From NCBI GenBank assembly GCA_017507765.1, contig JAFWAG010000033.1, forward strand, positions 1 through 45,711: a stretch of 45,711 nt of DNA. Direction: 5' to 3'. Positions 19,410-30,535 of the stretch are shown here, one piece after another. A program made the position numbers and the translations under genes. The notes under the pieces were generated by a model. It worked only from the letters and a program-made list of their open reading frames with translations. It was not told the DNA's origin and ran no database searches. The first letter of the stretch is position 1. Each line of letters begins with the position of its first letter. The DNA comes from Alphaproteobacteria bacterium (GTDB taxonomy: Bacteria > Pseudomonadota > Alphaproteobacteria > CACZRW01).

Positions 19410-19484
19410 GTAGGCGACTACGGATTCGAACCGCAGACCCTCTCGGTGTAAACGAGATGCTCTAACCAGCTGAGCTAGTCGCCC
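19408..19484 (-). tRNA. tRNA-Val(TAC)
   Basis: GGGCGACTAGCTCAGCTGGTTAGAGCATCTCGTTTACACCGAGAGGGTCTGCGGTTCGAATCCGTAGTCGCCTACCA. Confidence 0.97.
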
Positions 19485-19530
19485 ATAAAGGTCTCTGACG
19501 AGAGAGACATTATATAAACAAGTTTTTTGT

Positions 19531-19573
19531 AAAAGTAAAGTAGCGATATTAAAAAATATCGCTACTTATACTT
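19531..19573 (-). terminator. Hairpin after hup
   Basis: aagtagcgatatt-aaaa-aatatcgctactt. Confidence 0.7.
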
Positions 19574-19582
19574 TAACCAAGA

Positions 19583-19861
19583 TTATTTCTTGTTTAAGGC
19601 GTCTTTCAAACCCTTGCCGGCCTTGAACTTAGGCTGCTTGGAGGCAGGAATCTTGATGGTAGCGCCAGTGCGAGGATTGCGACCCTCTGTAGCTGAGCGG
19701 CTGGTTACGGTGAAAGTGCCGAAACCTACGAGACGAACTTCTTCACCTTTCTTCAAAGAAGTGGTGATGGTGGCAGCAAAAGCGTCAACTGTTTTACCAG
19801 CGTCGGTTTTTGAAAGGCCAGTGTACTTCGCTATTTCAGCTATAAGATCATTCTTATTCAC
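19583..19861 (-). CDS. hupB: DNA-binding protein HU
   Basis: GTG start, MNKNDLIAEIA..VRLVGFGTF..GRNPRTG..PKFKAGK.LKDA. Confidence 0.96.
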   Translation of the reverse strand: MNKNDLIAEIAKYTGLSKTDAGKTVDAFAATITTSLKKGEEVRLVGFGTFTVTSRSATEGRNPRTGATIKIPASKQPKFKAGKGLKDALNKK

Positions 19862-20002
19862 AATAGGACTCCCTCTAAATAAAGAAATAAACAATGGTTC
19901 CTTGCGAAACCACGTATCTATTAAAACGGATTTTTCAGGCTAGTCAATAAAATATCTTCGGTTTTCTGCTGTTTTTTTACTTTTTTTTAGTTTTTTTATT
20001 GT

Positions 20003-20047
20003 AAAACCGCCATTTTGGACAAAAAATGCCGTGAAAATGGCGGTTTT
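20003..20047. terminator. Hairpin between lon and hup
   Basis: aaaaccgccatttt...aaaatggcggtttt. Confidence 0.55.
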
Positions 20048-20093
20048 CTGGGATTATATAAGCCTTCTTAAAGCGGTTGAAGGCAAAAAAGAA

Positions 20094-22529
20094 TCAGTTG
20101 CTGCGACGCGGAGGCCGAGCGATTCGAGACCTTTTGGCCTTTGGTTCGGATTCTTTTTCCTGTAATTCTTCGTTCCAATCTTCTTCGCTTAGCGGTATCG
20201 GAAGCTTTTCCAAGGCAATCGCTAAGACATCGTTGGCATGGCTGAGAGGAATTATTTTTAATCCTTCTTTCACGTTGTCCGGTATTTCTGCCAAGTCTTT
20301 TTCATTTTCTTGCGGAATGATGACTTGTTTTAAACCACCTCGTAGTGCCGCCAAAAGCTTTTCCTTTAATCCGCCGATAGGCAAAACTCTGCCAATCAGA
20401 GTGATTTCTCCAGTCATGGCAACGTCATTTCTGACCGGAATGCCGGTTAAGGCAGAAACCAAAGACGTATACATAGCAATACCGGCTGACGGGCCGTCTT
20501 TCGGAGTGGCGCCTTCGGGAATATGAACATGAATATCATGCTTTTCAAAAAAGGACGGCTTTATGCCAAGATGCAAAGATTGCGAACGGACAAAAGAATA
20601 CGCTGCTTCGATGGACTCTTTCATGACATCGCCAAGCTGTCCCGTAAGCGTTATCTTGCCCTTGCCAGGCATTACCAAGGCTTCAATCGAAAGAATGTCG
20701 CCGCCGACTTCTGTCCAAGCAAGACCGGTGGTAACGCCAACCATGTTTTCTTTGCCGGCTACGCCAAAGGTGTATTTGGGAACTCCGGCATAGTCGGAAA
20801 GATTCTCTGCCGTTACTTTTACGGATTTTTTGGCGCCTTTCTTATCTTTGTTTTCCAAAAGCTCTTTAGTCGCTTTGCGTGCTAAAGAAGCAATTTCTCT
20901 TTCCAAATTACGGACGCCTGCTTCTTGGGTATAAAGCCGGATAAGATTGCGCAGGGCTTCATCGTCAATGTTCCATTCCCGTTTGCTTAAACCGGCAGCA
21001 GCTCTTTGCTTCGGGATTAAATGGCGGTGCGCTATTTCGACTTTTTCGTCTTCGGTATAGCCCGATAAGCGGATAATTTCCATTCTGTCCATTAACGGCC
21101 GAGGCATTTTTAAAGTGTTAGCGGTGGTGATGAACAAAACATCGGAAAGGTCATAGTCGATTTCCATATAATGGTCGTTAAAGGTGTTGTTCTGTTCCGG
21201 ATCCAATACTTCCAAAAGGGCGGAAGACGGGTCGCCACGCCAGTTGTTGCCAAGCTTGTCAATCTCATCAAGCAAGAATAAAGGATTAGAAGATTTTGCC
21301 TTTTTCATGCTTTGAATGATTTTGCCGGGTAAGGCGCCGATATATGTACGGCGATGACCACGGATTTCTGCTTCATCTCTCATTCCGCCAAGCGATATGC
21401 GGACAAAATTGCGGCCGGTTGCTTTGGCTATTGACTGCCCCAAAGAGGTTTTACCAACGCCCGGAGGACCGACAAGGCATAAAATAGGTCCGCGAATCTT
21501 GTCGGTCTTATGCTGAACAGCCAAATACTCCAGAATCCGTTCTTTGACTTTGTCGAGTCCGTAATGGTCTTCGTCAAGAATCTTTTTCGCTGCCGCAATG
21601 TCTTTGCGGACTTTGGTTTTTTTGCCCCATGGCACGTCCAAAATCCAATCCAGATAGTTCCGGATAACCGTGGCTTCCGAAGACATAAGGCTCATATTCT
21701 TGAGCTTTTTTAATTCGGCGGTGGCTTTTTCTTTTGCTTCCGGAGAAAGCTTTGTCTTGGCGATTTTTTGTTCCAGTTCTTGCAGGTCGGAAAGTTCGTC
21801 TTCTTCGCCAAGCTCTTTTTGAATGGCTTTCATCTGTTCGTTCAGGTAATACTCTCGCTGGCTTTTTTCCATTTGCCGTTTTACCCGCCGGCGGATTTTC
21901 TTTTCCACATATAAAATCCCGATTTCTGCTTCCATGTGCGAGAATAAAAGCTCTAAGCGTTCCTTTAATTCATCGGTTTCCAAAAGACGCTGCTTATCCG
22001 TAAGCTTTAAAGATAAGTGCGAGGCTATGGCATCGCTCATCTTTGAAATGTCTTCCATTTGATTTATGGAAACCATAACTTCCGGAGGGATTTTGCGGTT
22101 TAATTTTACATATTGTTCAAATTGCATCAAAACCGAACGGGATAAAGCCGAAAGTTCTTTGGTTTCGCTTTTATGGTCTTGGATAGGTTGAACTTCCGCC
22201 TCCATAAATCCGTCGTTGTCGATGAAGCTTTTTATCCGTACTCGGGACAAGCCTTCGACCAAAACTTTTACCGTGCCGTCTGGAAGCTTTAATAACTGCA
22301 AAACATTGCCCAGAGTCCCAACGGAATAAACATCATTCATTCCCGGTTCATCAACGGCGGCATCTTTTTGCGCCAGAAGAACTATCTGGTTGTCTTTGTT
22401 ATTTACTGCTTCGTCCAAAGCCAATACCGAACGTTCCCTGCCAACAAATAAGGGAACTATCATGTACGGGAAAACTACGATATCCCGCAACGGCAAAATA
22501 GGCAGAACTTTATTCGTTTCTGTTTCCAC
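20094..22529 (-). CDS. lon: Lon protease
   Basis: [38 protein letters not shown]. Confidence 0.99.
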   Translation of the reverse strand: METETNKVLPILPLRDIVVFPYMIVPLFVGRERSVLALDEAVNNKDNQIVLLAQKDAAVDEPGMNDVYSVGTLGNVLQLLKLPDGTVKVLVEGLSRVRIKSFIDNDGFMEAEVQPIQDHKSETKELSALSRSVLMQFEQYVKLNRKIPPEVMVSINQMEDISKMSDAIASHLSLKLTDKQRLLETDELKERLELLFSHMEAEIGILYVEKKIRRRVKRQMEKSQREYYLNEQMKAIQKELGEEDELSDLQELEQKIAKTKLSPEAKEKATAELKKLKNMSLMSSEATVIRNYLDWILDVPWGKKTKVRKDIAAAKKILDEDHYGLDKVKERILEYLAVQHKTDKIRGPILCLVGPPGVGKTSLGQSIAKATGRNFVRISLGGMRDEAEIRGHRRTYIGALPGKIIQSMKKAKSSNPLFLLDEIDKLGNNWRGDPSSALLEVLDPEQNNTFNDHYMEIDYDLSDVLFITTANTLKMPRPLMDRMEIIRLSGYTEDEKVEIAHRHLIPKQRAAAGLSKREWNIDDEALRNLIRLYTQEAGVRNLEREIASLARKATKELLENKDKKGAKKSVKVTAENLSDYAGVPKYTFGVAGKENMVGVTTGLAWTEVGGDILSIEALVMPGKGKITLTGQLGDVMKESIEAAYSFVRSQSLHLGIKPSFFEKHDIHVHIPEGATPKDGPSAGIAMYTSLVSALTGIPVRNDVAMTGEITLIGRVLPIGGLKEKLLAALRGGLKQVIIPQENEKDLAEIPDNVKEGLKIIPLSHANDVLAIALEKLPIPLSEEDWNEELQEKESEPKAKRSRIARPPRRSN

Positions 22530-22561
22530 TTTTCGATTCCTTTTCTAGCGGTAAGAAAGAA

Positions 22562-23827
22562 TCAGCCGGTCTTACCTTTTTTCGTATCTGAGTATATTAA
22601 GAGAGGTGCGCTTTCTCCTGCAACAACCTTTTCGTTTATAGCCACTTCTTTTAATCCTTCGGAAGTGGGAAGGTTGAACATACTTTCCAAGAGAAGCTCT
22701 TCCAAAATCGCTCTTAAACCACGGGCGCCGGTTTTGCGGCTTATAGCCTTTTTGGCTATGGCTTCCAAAGCGTCGTCCGAGAAGTTAAGTTCGACATTGT
22801 CAAAACCAAATAGTGCTTGATACTGCTTAATCAAAGCGTTTTTCGGCTTGGTTAAGATTTCAATCAAAGCCGCTTCGTCAAGGTCATGCAGATGTGCTAA
22901 AACCGGAACACGACCGACAAACTCCGGTATCAAGCCGTATTTTAAAAGGTCTTCCGGTTCCAAATCTTTTAAAATGTCGATGCGCTGTAAGTCGTCTGCG
23001 GCTTTTACCGTTGCGCCAAAGCCAATGGAAGAGGTGTTGGTGCGCTGGGATATAATCTTGTCCAGTCCGGAGAATGCTCCGCCGCAAATGAACAAGATGT
23101 TTGTTGTGTCAACTTGCAAAAACTCTTGCTGAGGGTGTTTGCGGCCGCCCTGTGGAGGAACGGAGGCAATGGTTCCTTCCATAATCTTTAACAAAGCTTG
23201 TTGGACGCCTTCGCCGGAAACGTCTCTGGTGATAGAGGGATTGTCAGATTTACGGGAAATCTTATCAATTTCATCAATGTAAACGATGCCTCTTTCCGCT
23301 CTTTCAATATTGTAATCAGCGGCTTGTAAAAGCTTTAAGATGATGTTTTCAACGTCTTCGCCAACATAGCCGGCTTCGGTCAGAGTCGTTGCGTCAGCCA
23401 TGGCAAACGGAACGTCCAATACTCTAGCTAAGGTTTTTGCCAAAAGGGTTTTACCGCTTCCGGTCGGACCGATAAGTAAAATGTTGGATTTGGCAAGTTC
23501 AACGTCCTGAGAGCCGGAGGAAAAACTGTTTAGCCGCTTGTAATGATTATATACGGCAACAGATAAAACTTTTTTCGCATGCTCTTGGCCGATGACGTAT
23601 TCGTCCAGAGTCTGTTTAATCGCAACCGGAGTGGTTTGATGCTCATGCTCTGAGGTCTGAGTCTTGGTTTCTTCTTTGATAATGTCCGAACAAAGGTCGA
23701 CACATTCGTCACAGATGAAAACCGTGGGACCGGCAATAAGCTTGCATACTTCATGCTGGCTTTTGCCGCAGAAGCTGCAATAAAGAGTGTTTTTGCTGTC
23801 TCCGCCTGATGAAGTAGTTTTTGCCAT
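22562..23827 (-). CDS. clpX: ClpX ATPase
   Basis: CSFCGK..CDEC zinc-binding domain, [25 protein letters not shown] loop. Confidence 0.99.
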   Translation of the reverse strand: MAKTTSSGGDSKNTLYCSFCGKSQHEVCKLIAGPTVFICDECVDLCSDIIKEETKTQTSEHEHQTTPVAIKQTLDEYVIGQEHAKKVLSVAVYNHYKRLNSFSSGSQDVELAKSNILLIGPTGSGKTLLAKTLARVLDVPFAMADATTLTEAGYVGEDVENIILKLLQAADYNIERAERGIVYIDEIDKISRKSDNPSITRDVSGEGVQQALLKIMEGTIASVPPQGGRKHPQQEFLQVDTTNILFICGGAFSGLDKIISQRTNTSSIGFGATVKAADDLQRIDILKDLEPEDLLKYGLIPEFVGRVPVLAHLHDLDEAALIEILTKPKNALIKQYQALFGFDNVELNFSDDALEAIAKKAISRKTGARGLRAILEELLLESMFNLPTSEGLKEVAINEKVVAGESAPLLIYSDTKKGKTG

Positions 23828-23868
23828 TTTATCCTCTGCCTTAAGTTGTTTATGCCTTGGTGAAGGCT

Positions 23869-24498
23869 TTATTCTTCGTCTTTATCTTTGCCACGGGAAG
23901 TTACGACTTCGTCAATAAGTCCAAAGTCTTTGGCTTCTTCGGGAGACATAAAGTTATCTCTGTCCATAGCTTTTTCAATGGTTGCCAATTTTTGGCCGGT
24001 TTGGGCAACATAGATATCATTGATACGAGCCCGAAGTGCTAAGACTTCTTTGGCGTGGATTTCGATGTCTGATGCTTGGCCACGGAAACCGCCCGACGGT
24101 TGATGAATCATAATGCGGGAGTTCGGAAGGGAAAAACGCTTGCCTTTTGCTCCGGCAGTTAAAAGCAACGAACCCATGGAAGCGGCTTGACCTATGCACA
24201 GGGTGGAAACTTCGCTTTTGATATAGTTCATCGTATCCAAAATTGCGAGTCCCGCAGTAACCGAACCACCCGGAGAATTGATATAAAAAGAAATATCTTT
24301 CTTCGGGTTTTCGGATTCTAAGAATAAAAGTTGGGCGCAGATGAGGCTGGAAACCTCATCATTAACCTCGCCGGTCAAGAATATAATCCGCTCCTTTAAA
24401 AGGCGGGAATAAATGTCAAATGAACGTTCACCCCGGCTGGTCTGTTCAACCACCATAGGAACTAAGGTGTTCATATATGTATTTAAAGGATCGTTCAT
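23869..24498 (-). CDS. clpP: ClpP protease subunit
   Basis: [33 protein letters not shown]. Confidence 0.99.
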   Translation of the reverse strand: MNDPLNTYMNTLVPMVVEQTSRGERSFDIYSRLLKERIIFLTGEVNDEVSSLICAQLLFLESENPKKDISFYINSPGGSVTAGLAILDTMNYIKSEVSTLCIGQAASMGSLLLTAGAKGKRFSLPNSRIMIHQPSGGFRGQASDIEIHAKEVLALRARINDIYVAQTGQKLATIEKAMDRDNFMSPEEAKDFGLIDEVVTSRGKDKDEE

Positions 24499-24513
24499 AT
24501 TCTTTAACCTTTC

Positions 24514-25884
24514 TTATTCTTTGGCTTTTGCAGACGCTTTAGCTTTGCCTTCTTTTTTAGCGGCGGCTTTTTCGTCTTCTTTGTCATACCAGGAATAAAG
24601 TTCCTCTATGGATACTTTATGGGGTTCGGTTTGAACTTTTTCAAGTATGAAGGAAACAACTTTGTCTTCAAAAACCTGAGCTTGTATCGAGTCTCTGAAT
24701 TGAGCATTTTTGGAATAAAATTCAAAAAGCATCTTTTCTTGACCGGGGTAACGGCCGGCTTCGGCAATCAACGCACGGTTAATGTCTGCAGAAGTCGGCT
24801 GAATCTTTTCATTCTTACCAACTTCCGAGATGATTAAGCCTAAACGTACACGACGGTCGGCAATGTCTTGGTACTCTGCTTTTAAAGCTTCGTCCGGAGT
24901 GTCGTTGCCTTTAGCTTTTTCTTCTTGCTCGACTTGCTTCCAAATGGATTCAAACTCCAATTCCTTCATGCCTTCGGGAACTTCAAACTTGTAAGCATCA
25001 GCCAAAGCGTCCAACAAAGCACGCTTTAAGTGGCCGTAACTGACGTTGTCGTATTCCTTGGAAAGCTCGGCTTTCATAATTTCTTGGAGCTTTTCAATGC
25101 TTTCCTGACCAAAAGCTTTGGCAAGGTCGTCATTTACCGTCGGTTCTTTTAAAGTACGGAGTTCTTTTACCGTTACTTTGAATTCGGCGTCTTTACCCGC
25201 CAAATCTTTGGCGTGATAGGTGTCGGGGAACTTTACTTTGACAACCGTTTCCGTGCCGGCTTTGGTGCCGATAAGCTGGTCTTCAAAACCGGGGATAAAG
25301 CTGCCGGAACCAAGTTCAAGCGGGAAGCTGTTGCCTTTGCCGCCGGGGAACTCTGTGCCGTCAACACTGCCGACAAAATCTATGACTGTGATGTCGCCTT
25401 TTTCGGCAGCCCGGTCTTCGGTTACTTTTTCCGAATCACGACGGTTCTTTGCCAAGTCCATTAAGGCCTTTTCAATATCTTTGTCTTCAACTTCGGCATA
25501 TACTTTTTTGACTTTAAGAGTACTAAAGTCAAACGCCGGAAAATCAGGTAAAACTTCCAACTTAACGGAAAACTCTAAATCCTCGCCGTCTTTGAAAGAA
25601 ACAATTTCAATTTTCGGCTGAAGTGCAGGTCTGATATCTTTTTCTTTAAATAATTCCTGTACTGAATCACCGATAACGCGGTCTAACACCTCTCCCATTA
25701 TGGAGTCACCGTATTTCTTCTTTAAAAACGGCAGAGGGGCTTTACCCGGACGGAAGCCGGCAATGCTTACTTCTTTTCCTACTTCTGCGAGCTTGGCATC
25801 AAACTTGTCGGCAATGTCTTTAGAAGGAACAACAATATTATAATCTTTTTTAAGTCCTTCTGTTTTGTTTTCCGTTATCTTCAT
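24514..25884 (-). CDS. tig: Trigger factor
   Basis: GFRPGKAP; FKBP domain LGSGSFIPGFEDQLIG. Confidence 0.98.
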   Translation of the reverse strand: MKITENKTEGLKKDYNIVVPSKDIADKFDAKLAEVGKEVSIAGFRPGKAPLPFLKKKYGDSIMGEVLDRVIGDSVQELFKEKDIRPALQPKIEIVSFKDGEDLEFSVKLEVLPDFPAFDFSTLKVKKVYAEVEDKDIEKALMDLAKNRRDSEKVTEDRAAEKGDITVIDFVGSVDGTEFPGGKGNSFPLELGSGSFIPGFEDQLIGTKAGTETVVKVKFPDTYHAKDLAGKDAEFKVTVKELRTLKEPTVNDDLAKAFGQESIEKLQEIMKAELSKEYDNVSYGHLKRALLDALADAYKFEVPEGMKELEFESIWKQVEQEEKAKGNDTPDEALKAEYQDIADRRVRLGLIISEVGKNEKIQPTSADINRALIAEAGRYPGQEKMLFEFYSKNAQFRDSIQAQVFEDKVVSFILEKVQTEPHKVSIEELYSWYDKEDEKAAAKKEGKAKASAKAKE

Positions 25885-25925
25885 AACTAATCCTATTCAA
25901 AATAAATCTAAACTAATCCCGAAGG

Positions 25926-26010
<85 letters not shown>

Positions 26011-26115
26011 AGACCTTCTGCTTAAGAGGCTGTAAAAAAATTAAGCCTTTAAGAACTGGACTCTATACCATGAACTGGACAAATTGGAAACATTTTTGCG
26101 CAAAAAAAAGTTTTT

Positions 26116-26550
26116 TTATTCTTTCGTGTTTGCAAGCAGTAAAACTTTGGTAAGACGTTTTTGTAATTCGGTAAGGGAAATCGGCTTGATTATAAAATCG
26201 TTTATCTGGGATTCTTTGGCTTCCAGTACGGTTTCCATTCTGCCGTCTCCGGTAATGATGATAACCGGAGTTTGGCGGTTGTCGGCTCCGAAGTCGCCTG
26301 CTCTTAAGGCTCGGCAGAGTTCAAGCCCACTGGCTCCGGGCAATTTGTGATCCAATAAAATAACGTTGAAATGTTGCGATTTTAAATAATCTGCTCCTTC
26401 TTCCGCACTGCCTGCTTCGGTTATGTCTCGGCAGCCTATTTGCGAAAGAGTGTTCTTTACCAAACTGCGGGCAAAACGTTCATCGTCAATGATGATGTAC
26501 GAATAATTAGAAAGATTTAGGTTTTTGGGAGAGTTCGCAGTATCAGACAT
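26116..26550 (-). CDS. Single-domain (CheY-like) response regulator
   Basis: IIDDE, LLDHKLPGASG, IITG, IIKP. Confidence 0.92.
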   Translation of the reverse strand: MSDTANSPKNLNLSNYSYIIIDDERFARSLVKNTLSQIGCRDITEAGSAEEGADYLKSQHFNVILLDHKLPGASGLELCRALRAGDFGADNRQTPVIIITGDGRMETVLEAKESQINDFIIKPISLTELQKRLTKVLLLANTKE

Positions 26551-26564
26551 TTGTTTTTCCCTTG

Positions 26565-27440
26565 TTATTGATTCTTGGTAACACGTTTTTGTTTGCCGGA
26601 AGAACAGCGTTTCGCTGATACCTTCAGAACGTTTTGCGGGTTTATCGGAGTATTAAGCCAACTTACTCCCCAGTGAAGGTGGGGACCGGTAGAACGGCCG
26701 GTGGAGCCGACTAAGCCTATAACTTCGCCTTTTTTGACTTTCTGACCGACGGTAACGTTAATTTTGCTCATATGCGAATAACTGGAGGAAATGCCATAGC
26801 CATGGTCAATAATAACCATTTGCCCGTTATAATAATTGTCCGGTTCGGCATAAGATACCGTGCCGGCAGCGGAAGCCTTTACCTCGGTTCCGGTTTTAGC
26901 CGCAATATCAATGCCAAGATGCGGATTTTTCGGTTCGCCGTTTAAAATCCTTTGACTGCCGAAAACACTGGAAACAATGCCTTTTACCGGTTGCATGAAA
27001 CAGCCGGGAACCGAAGAAGTTTTCGTGTTTAAGCCACGGGCGTTTTTTACGTCGGCGGCTTGGATTTTTATCTTTTGCAGTTCCTCTGCGGGAGGATTGA
27101 CGTGCTTTTGCGGCAGGTCATTAAGTGCTTGAATCTGCCATTTTTTGGCTTGAATCAAAAGCGGGCGGGTGTCGGTTATGCCGCTTGGAAAGGTTACCTT
27201 TACTTTTAAGGTGCCTTTGGCATCACGGGGTATGCCGAAAACAAAATCGCCTTTGGAGGAAACCTGAACTTTTTTGTCGCCGACAATTACTTTCGAGCCG
27301 GGAGTTACTTTGCCGTAAAGCATATTGCCTTGCACCGCATTGCCTAAGATATAAAAGCGGTTAGTGGCACTTTCTGCGTGGGAAAAGCCGATGAAAGCAG
27401 AAAAAATAAAAGCAGATAAAAATAAAAAATATTTAGTCAT
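26565..27440 (-). CDS. M23 family metallopeptidase
   Basis: Signal peptide; H.GIDIAA, YSH, GSTGRSTGPHLHW. Confidence 0.93.
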   Translation of the reverse strand: MTKYFLFLSAFIFSAFIGFSHAESATNRFYILGNAVQGNMLYGKVTPGSKVIVGDKKVQVSSKGDFVFGIPRDAKGTLKVKVTFPSGITDTRPLLIQAKKWQIQALNDLPQKHVNPPAEELQKIKIQAADVKNARGLNTKTSSVPGCFMQPVKGIVSSVFGSQRILNGEPKNPHLGIDIAAKTGTEVKASAAGTVSYAEPDNYYNGQMVIIDHGYGISSSYSHMSKINVTVGQKVKKGEVIGLVGSTGRSTGPHLHWGVSWLNTPINPQNVLKVSAKRCSSGKQKRVTKNQ

Positions 27441-28765
27441 AACGGCAGATTTCCCTGTTTATCTTCGTATGTGGAGGTTTTGCGTTTGCGGGGGGCTTTG
27501 GGTTCCGATGCGCTTTTGGCACAGTTTTCACCGGTAACCGTAACCGGAACTTGACCGTCGGCAAAATGTATTTGCCATGAATCCCCCGGATTTGCATTGG
27601 CGGAAGAACTTACGGTATGACCGTCTTTCCCCATGACTAGTGCAAAGCCTCTGGCAAGGATTTTAGTATAAGAATAACTTTCAAGCAAGCGGGCAGTGCT
27701 GTTAAAACGTTCTTGCGAGGTTTTGAGGTAAATCCGTGCCGCACCGATAAGACGTTCGCTTTTATCGTCCAAACGTTCAATGTATTGTTCAACAATGTCT
27801 TCCAGATTAGGTATGCCTCTGGCAAGACCTTTAATCTTGGTTTGCTGTTCGGTCAAAAAACGGGCGGAAGCGTCAAGCATACGAGCTTTTGCCATGCTGG
27901 TACGGCTTAAAAGCTCGCTGCGCACGGGAACGGCTTTTTCGGCGGCTCCGGTCGGGGTGGGAGCCCGTAAGTCGGAGGCATAGTCTATCAATGTTGTGTC
28001 GGTTTCATGGCCGACAGCGGAAATTAAGGGAATGTCCGATGCGGCGGCGGCACGGACGACATTTTCTTCGTTGAACGGCCATAAGTCTTCAATGCTTCCG
28101 CCGCCACGGGCAACAATTAAAACGTTCGGACGGGGAATTATGCCGTCTTTGGTAATCAGTCCTTCTTTGGGAATTAAATTAAAGCCGTTAATGGCTTCGG
28201 TTACTTTTGCGGCGGCTTCTTCTCCTTGAACCGGAACGCCCCACAGTAAAACTCTGCGGGGAAAACGGTCGCTTAGACGGTGGATTATATCCCGAATAAC
28301 CGCTCCGGTCGGAGAGGTGATGACGCCAATTACGTCAGGCAGGAAGGGTATGCTTTTTTTGCGTTCTTCGGCAAAAAGTCCTTCCGCAGCCAGTTTCTTT
28401 TTCCGCTCTTCCAAAAGCTTTAAAAGCTCTCCTTCGCCGGCAAGCTCTACGCTTTCAACGATTATCTGGTAGTGAGAACGAGCCGGATATGTCGTTACTT
28501 TGCCGGTACAGATTATTTCTTGCCCGTCTTTTAAAAGATTGGCAAAACCGGCGTTCTGTCCCCGCCATGAAACCGCATCAATAACGGAATCATCGTCTTT
28601 TAAAGAAAAATAAATATGGCCGGAGGAAGCCTTTTTTAAACCGGAAACTTCGCCTTGGATTTTTATGCGGGAAAAAGCACCCTCTACCACGCCCTTTAAC
28701 AACAGCGAAAAGTCCGTAACGCTGAAGACTTTATCTTGGGGCGGAAGAAAAGATGTATCGTTCAT
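27437..28765 (-). CDS. xseA: Exodeoxyribonuclease VII large subunit
   Basis: SGHIYFSLKD, ARGGGSIEDLW.FN, SAVGHETD, PTPTGAAE. Confidence 0.97.
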   Translation of the reverse strand: MNDTSFLPPQDKVFSVTDFSLLLKGVVEGAFSRIKIQGEVSGLKKASSGHIYFSLKDDDSVIDAVSWRGQNAGFANLLKDGQEIICTGKVTTYPARSHYQIIVESVELAGEGELLKLLEERKKKLAAEGLFAEERKKSIPFLPDVIGVITSPTGAVIRDIIHRLSDRFPRRVLLWGVPVQGEEAAAKVTEAINGFNLIPKEGLITKDGIIPRPNVLIVARGGGSIEDLWPFNEENVVRAAAASDIPLISAVGHETDTTLIDYASDLRAPTPTGAAEKAVPVRSELLSRTSMAKARMLDASARFLTEQQTKIKGLARGIPNLEDIVEQYIERLDDKSERLIGAARIYLKTSQERFNSTARLLESYSYTKILARGFALVMGKDGHTVSSSANANPGDSWQIHFADGQVPVTVTGENCAKSASEPKAPRKRKTSTYEDKQGNLPL

Positions 28766-28786
28766 GGGGGCTTTATCCTGTACGTA

Positions 28787-29263
28787 TTATTTTTTGGCAA
28801 GCTTCATGCGGTTGCAAACCGAACTTATCAGCTTGTTTTGTTCATCTTGCTTTAAGTCGCCACGGTGAAGCTCGAAAGACTTTATCCCTTTAATGTTGAG
28901 GTCTTTTTTGATTTTATCTAAAAGCGTTTGGCTTAAAACGGCAAGGTTGTGCTGCTCTAATTTGTTTTTGGGCATCGGGTTGCGGTTTAAATAAACAATA
29001 ACCGTATCCGTGATTTTCGGAATGTTTAGGCATATGTTTTTAAATGATTTTTCATCGACTAAAAGCCTGCCGGTGAAAACCTGCATCTTGCGGAACTCTT
29101 GCCGTTTGTTGTAGGTCGGTATCCATAATGGAGGAAGTTGGATAAAGTCGGCAGTAAGATAAGCGTTACCGTCGGCAGCGGGTTTTTCCGATGCTCCCGC
29201 ATCTTGAGTGAAAAAGAAAACGCTGCCGATAAGAGCAAAAACAAAGCCTGTAAAAAGTTTCAT
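28787..29263 (-). CDS. Exported hypothetical protein, possibly FliL-like
   Basis: N-terminal hydrophobic segment; FIQLPPLWIP...PKITD..I.YL resembles the FliL C-domain. Weak similarity. Confidence 0.45.
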   Translation of the reverse strand: MKLFTGFVFALIGSVFFFTQDAGASEKPAADGNAYLTADFIQLPPLWIPTYNKRQEFRKMQVFTGRLLVDEKSFKNICLNIPKITDTVIVYLNRNPMPKNKLEQHNLAVLSQTLLDKIKKDLNIKGIKSFELHRGDLKQDEQNKLISSVCNRMKLAKK

Positions 29264-29264
29264 G

Positions 29265-29720
29265 TTATTTATTTTTCCTTAAATCTTTAAAAAAATCTTG
29301 TAACAGTAGGCGGCATTCATCTTCGTGTAAGCCTCCGGTTACTTCCGGCCGATAAAGGTTCTTTTGGTGGGCGTAAACTCTGCATCCGTGGTCAATTCCT
29401 CCGCCTTTAACATCGTAAGCCCCGAAATACAATGCCTTAATGCGGCTGTAAGATATAGCAGTCGCACACATAGGGCAAGGCTCTAAGGTTACAAAAAGAG
29501 AAAAATCTTCCAAAAAACGTGAACCGGTCGCTTTGAAACCTTCTTTAAGGGCTAAAATCTCGGCATGGGCGGTGGCGTCTTGTAATTCTTCGGTGCGGTT
29601 CGCGCAAACCGAGATTATTTCTTTGTTTTCGGTGCGGAAAAGAACGGCGGCGATGGGAACTTCTCCCAAAGAGCCGGCTTTTTTGGCGGCAGATAAAGCC
29701 ATTGCGATAATTTCTTCCAT
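29265..29720 (-). CDS. tadA: tRNA adenosine(34) deaminase
   Basis: GEVPIAA, DATAHAE, VTLEPCPMC, GAYD.KGG, FFK.LR. Confidence 0.9.
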   Translation of the reverse strand: MEEIIAMALSAAKKAGSLGEVPIAAVLFRTENKEIISVCANRTEELQDATAHAEILALKEGFKATGSRFLEDFSLFVTLEPCPMCATAISYSRIKALYFGAYDVKGGGIDHGCRVYAHQKNLYRPEVTGGLHEDECRLLLQDFFKDLRKNK

Positions 29721-29767
29721 AGTTGCTTATTATAGCATACGATTACGAAAAACAAAGGAAGGTTTTT

Positions 29768-30535
29768 ATGTCCGATAATAAAAAAGAACGAATTGCAAAG
29801 GTTATTGCCAGAGCCGGAATTGCTTCGCGCCGTGATGCCGAAAAGTTGATTTTGGACGGGAAAGTTAAGGTGAACGGAGTTTTGATAACGTCGCCGGCTT
29901 TGAATGTCTCTGAGGAAGATAAAATCGAAGTGGCGGGGAAAGCTTTGGCTCCCAAAGAAGAAGTGCGTATCTGGCGGTATAATAAGCGTGCAGGCTTGAT
30001 AACTTCTCATAAAGACCCCGAAGGGAGGCCAACGGTGTTTGAGGCTTTGCCTGCCGGATTGCCAAGGGTTATTTCGGTGGGAAGGCTTGATTTTAATTCC
30101 GAAGGCTTGCTTTTGCTGACTAATGACGGTGAAGCCGCTCGCTTTATGGAAAGTCCGGCAACCGCATGGAAGCGTAGGTATCGTGTGCGGGTGCATGGTA
30201 TGGTTACCGATGATATTATCGCCAGACTTGCCAAAGGCGTAACTATTGACGGTGTGCGCTATGGTGCGGCGGAAGTGGTCTTGGATAAGCAACAGCGGAC
30301 TAACAGTTGGCTGACAGTTACAATTCAAGAAGGAAAAAACAGAGAAATCCGAAAAATGATGGATTTTTTCGGGCTTAAGGTTACAAGATTGATAAGAGTT
30401 TCTTACGGGCCGTTCCAGCTTGGTAACTTGCCGGTCGGAGAGATTAAGGAAGTTCCGGGAAAAATCGTTCGGGAACAGTTGGGTTTGGAAAAAAATAAAA
30501 AGGCTAAAAATGAGAATTATCGCCGGAAAAGCTAA
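29768..30535 (+). CDS. rluB: S4-domain rRNA pseudouridine synthase (RsuA/RluB family)
   Basis: ERIAKVIARAGIASRR, VGRLDFNSEGLLLLTNDG, EGKNREIR. ATG at 29768. Confidence 0.88.
   Translation: MSDNKKERIAKVIARAGIASRRDAEKLILDGKVKVNGVLITSPALNVSEEDKIEVAGKALAPKEEVRIWRYNKRAGLITSHKDPEGRPTVFEALPAGLPRVISVGRLDFNSEGLLLLTNDGEAARFMESPATAWKRRYRVRVHGMVTDDIIARLAKGVTIDGVRYGAAEVVLDKQQRTNSWLTVTIQEGKNREIRKMMDFFGLKVTRLIRVSYGPFQLGNLPVGEIKEVPGKIVREQLGLEKNKKAKNENYRRKS

Noticed and set aside
19079-19465. 128-aa ORF with an internal repeat
   Set aside because: It is antisense to tRNA-Val and produced by the 99-bp repeats; no SD.
20094-23827. Alternative genetic code to explain the split genes
   Set aside because: TGA, TAA and TAG terminate conserved genes at the expected positions (e.g. 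lon and clpX end in TGA). The splits are frameshifts, not in-frame stops.
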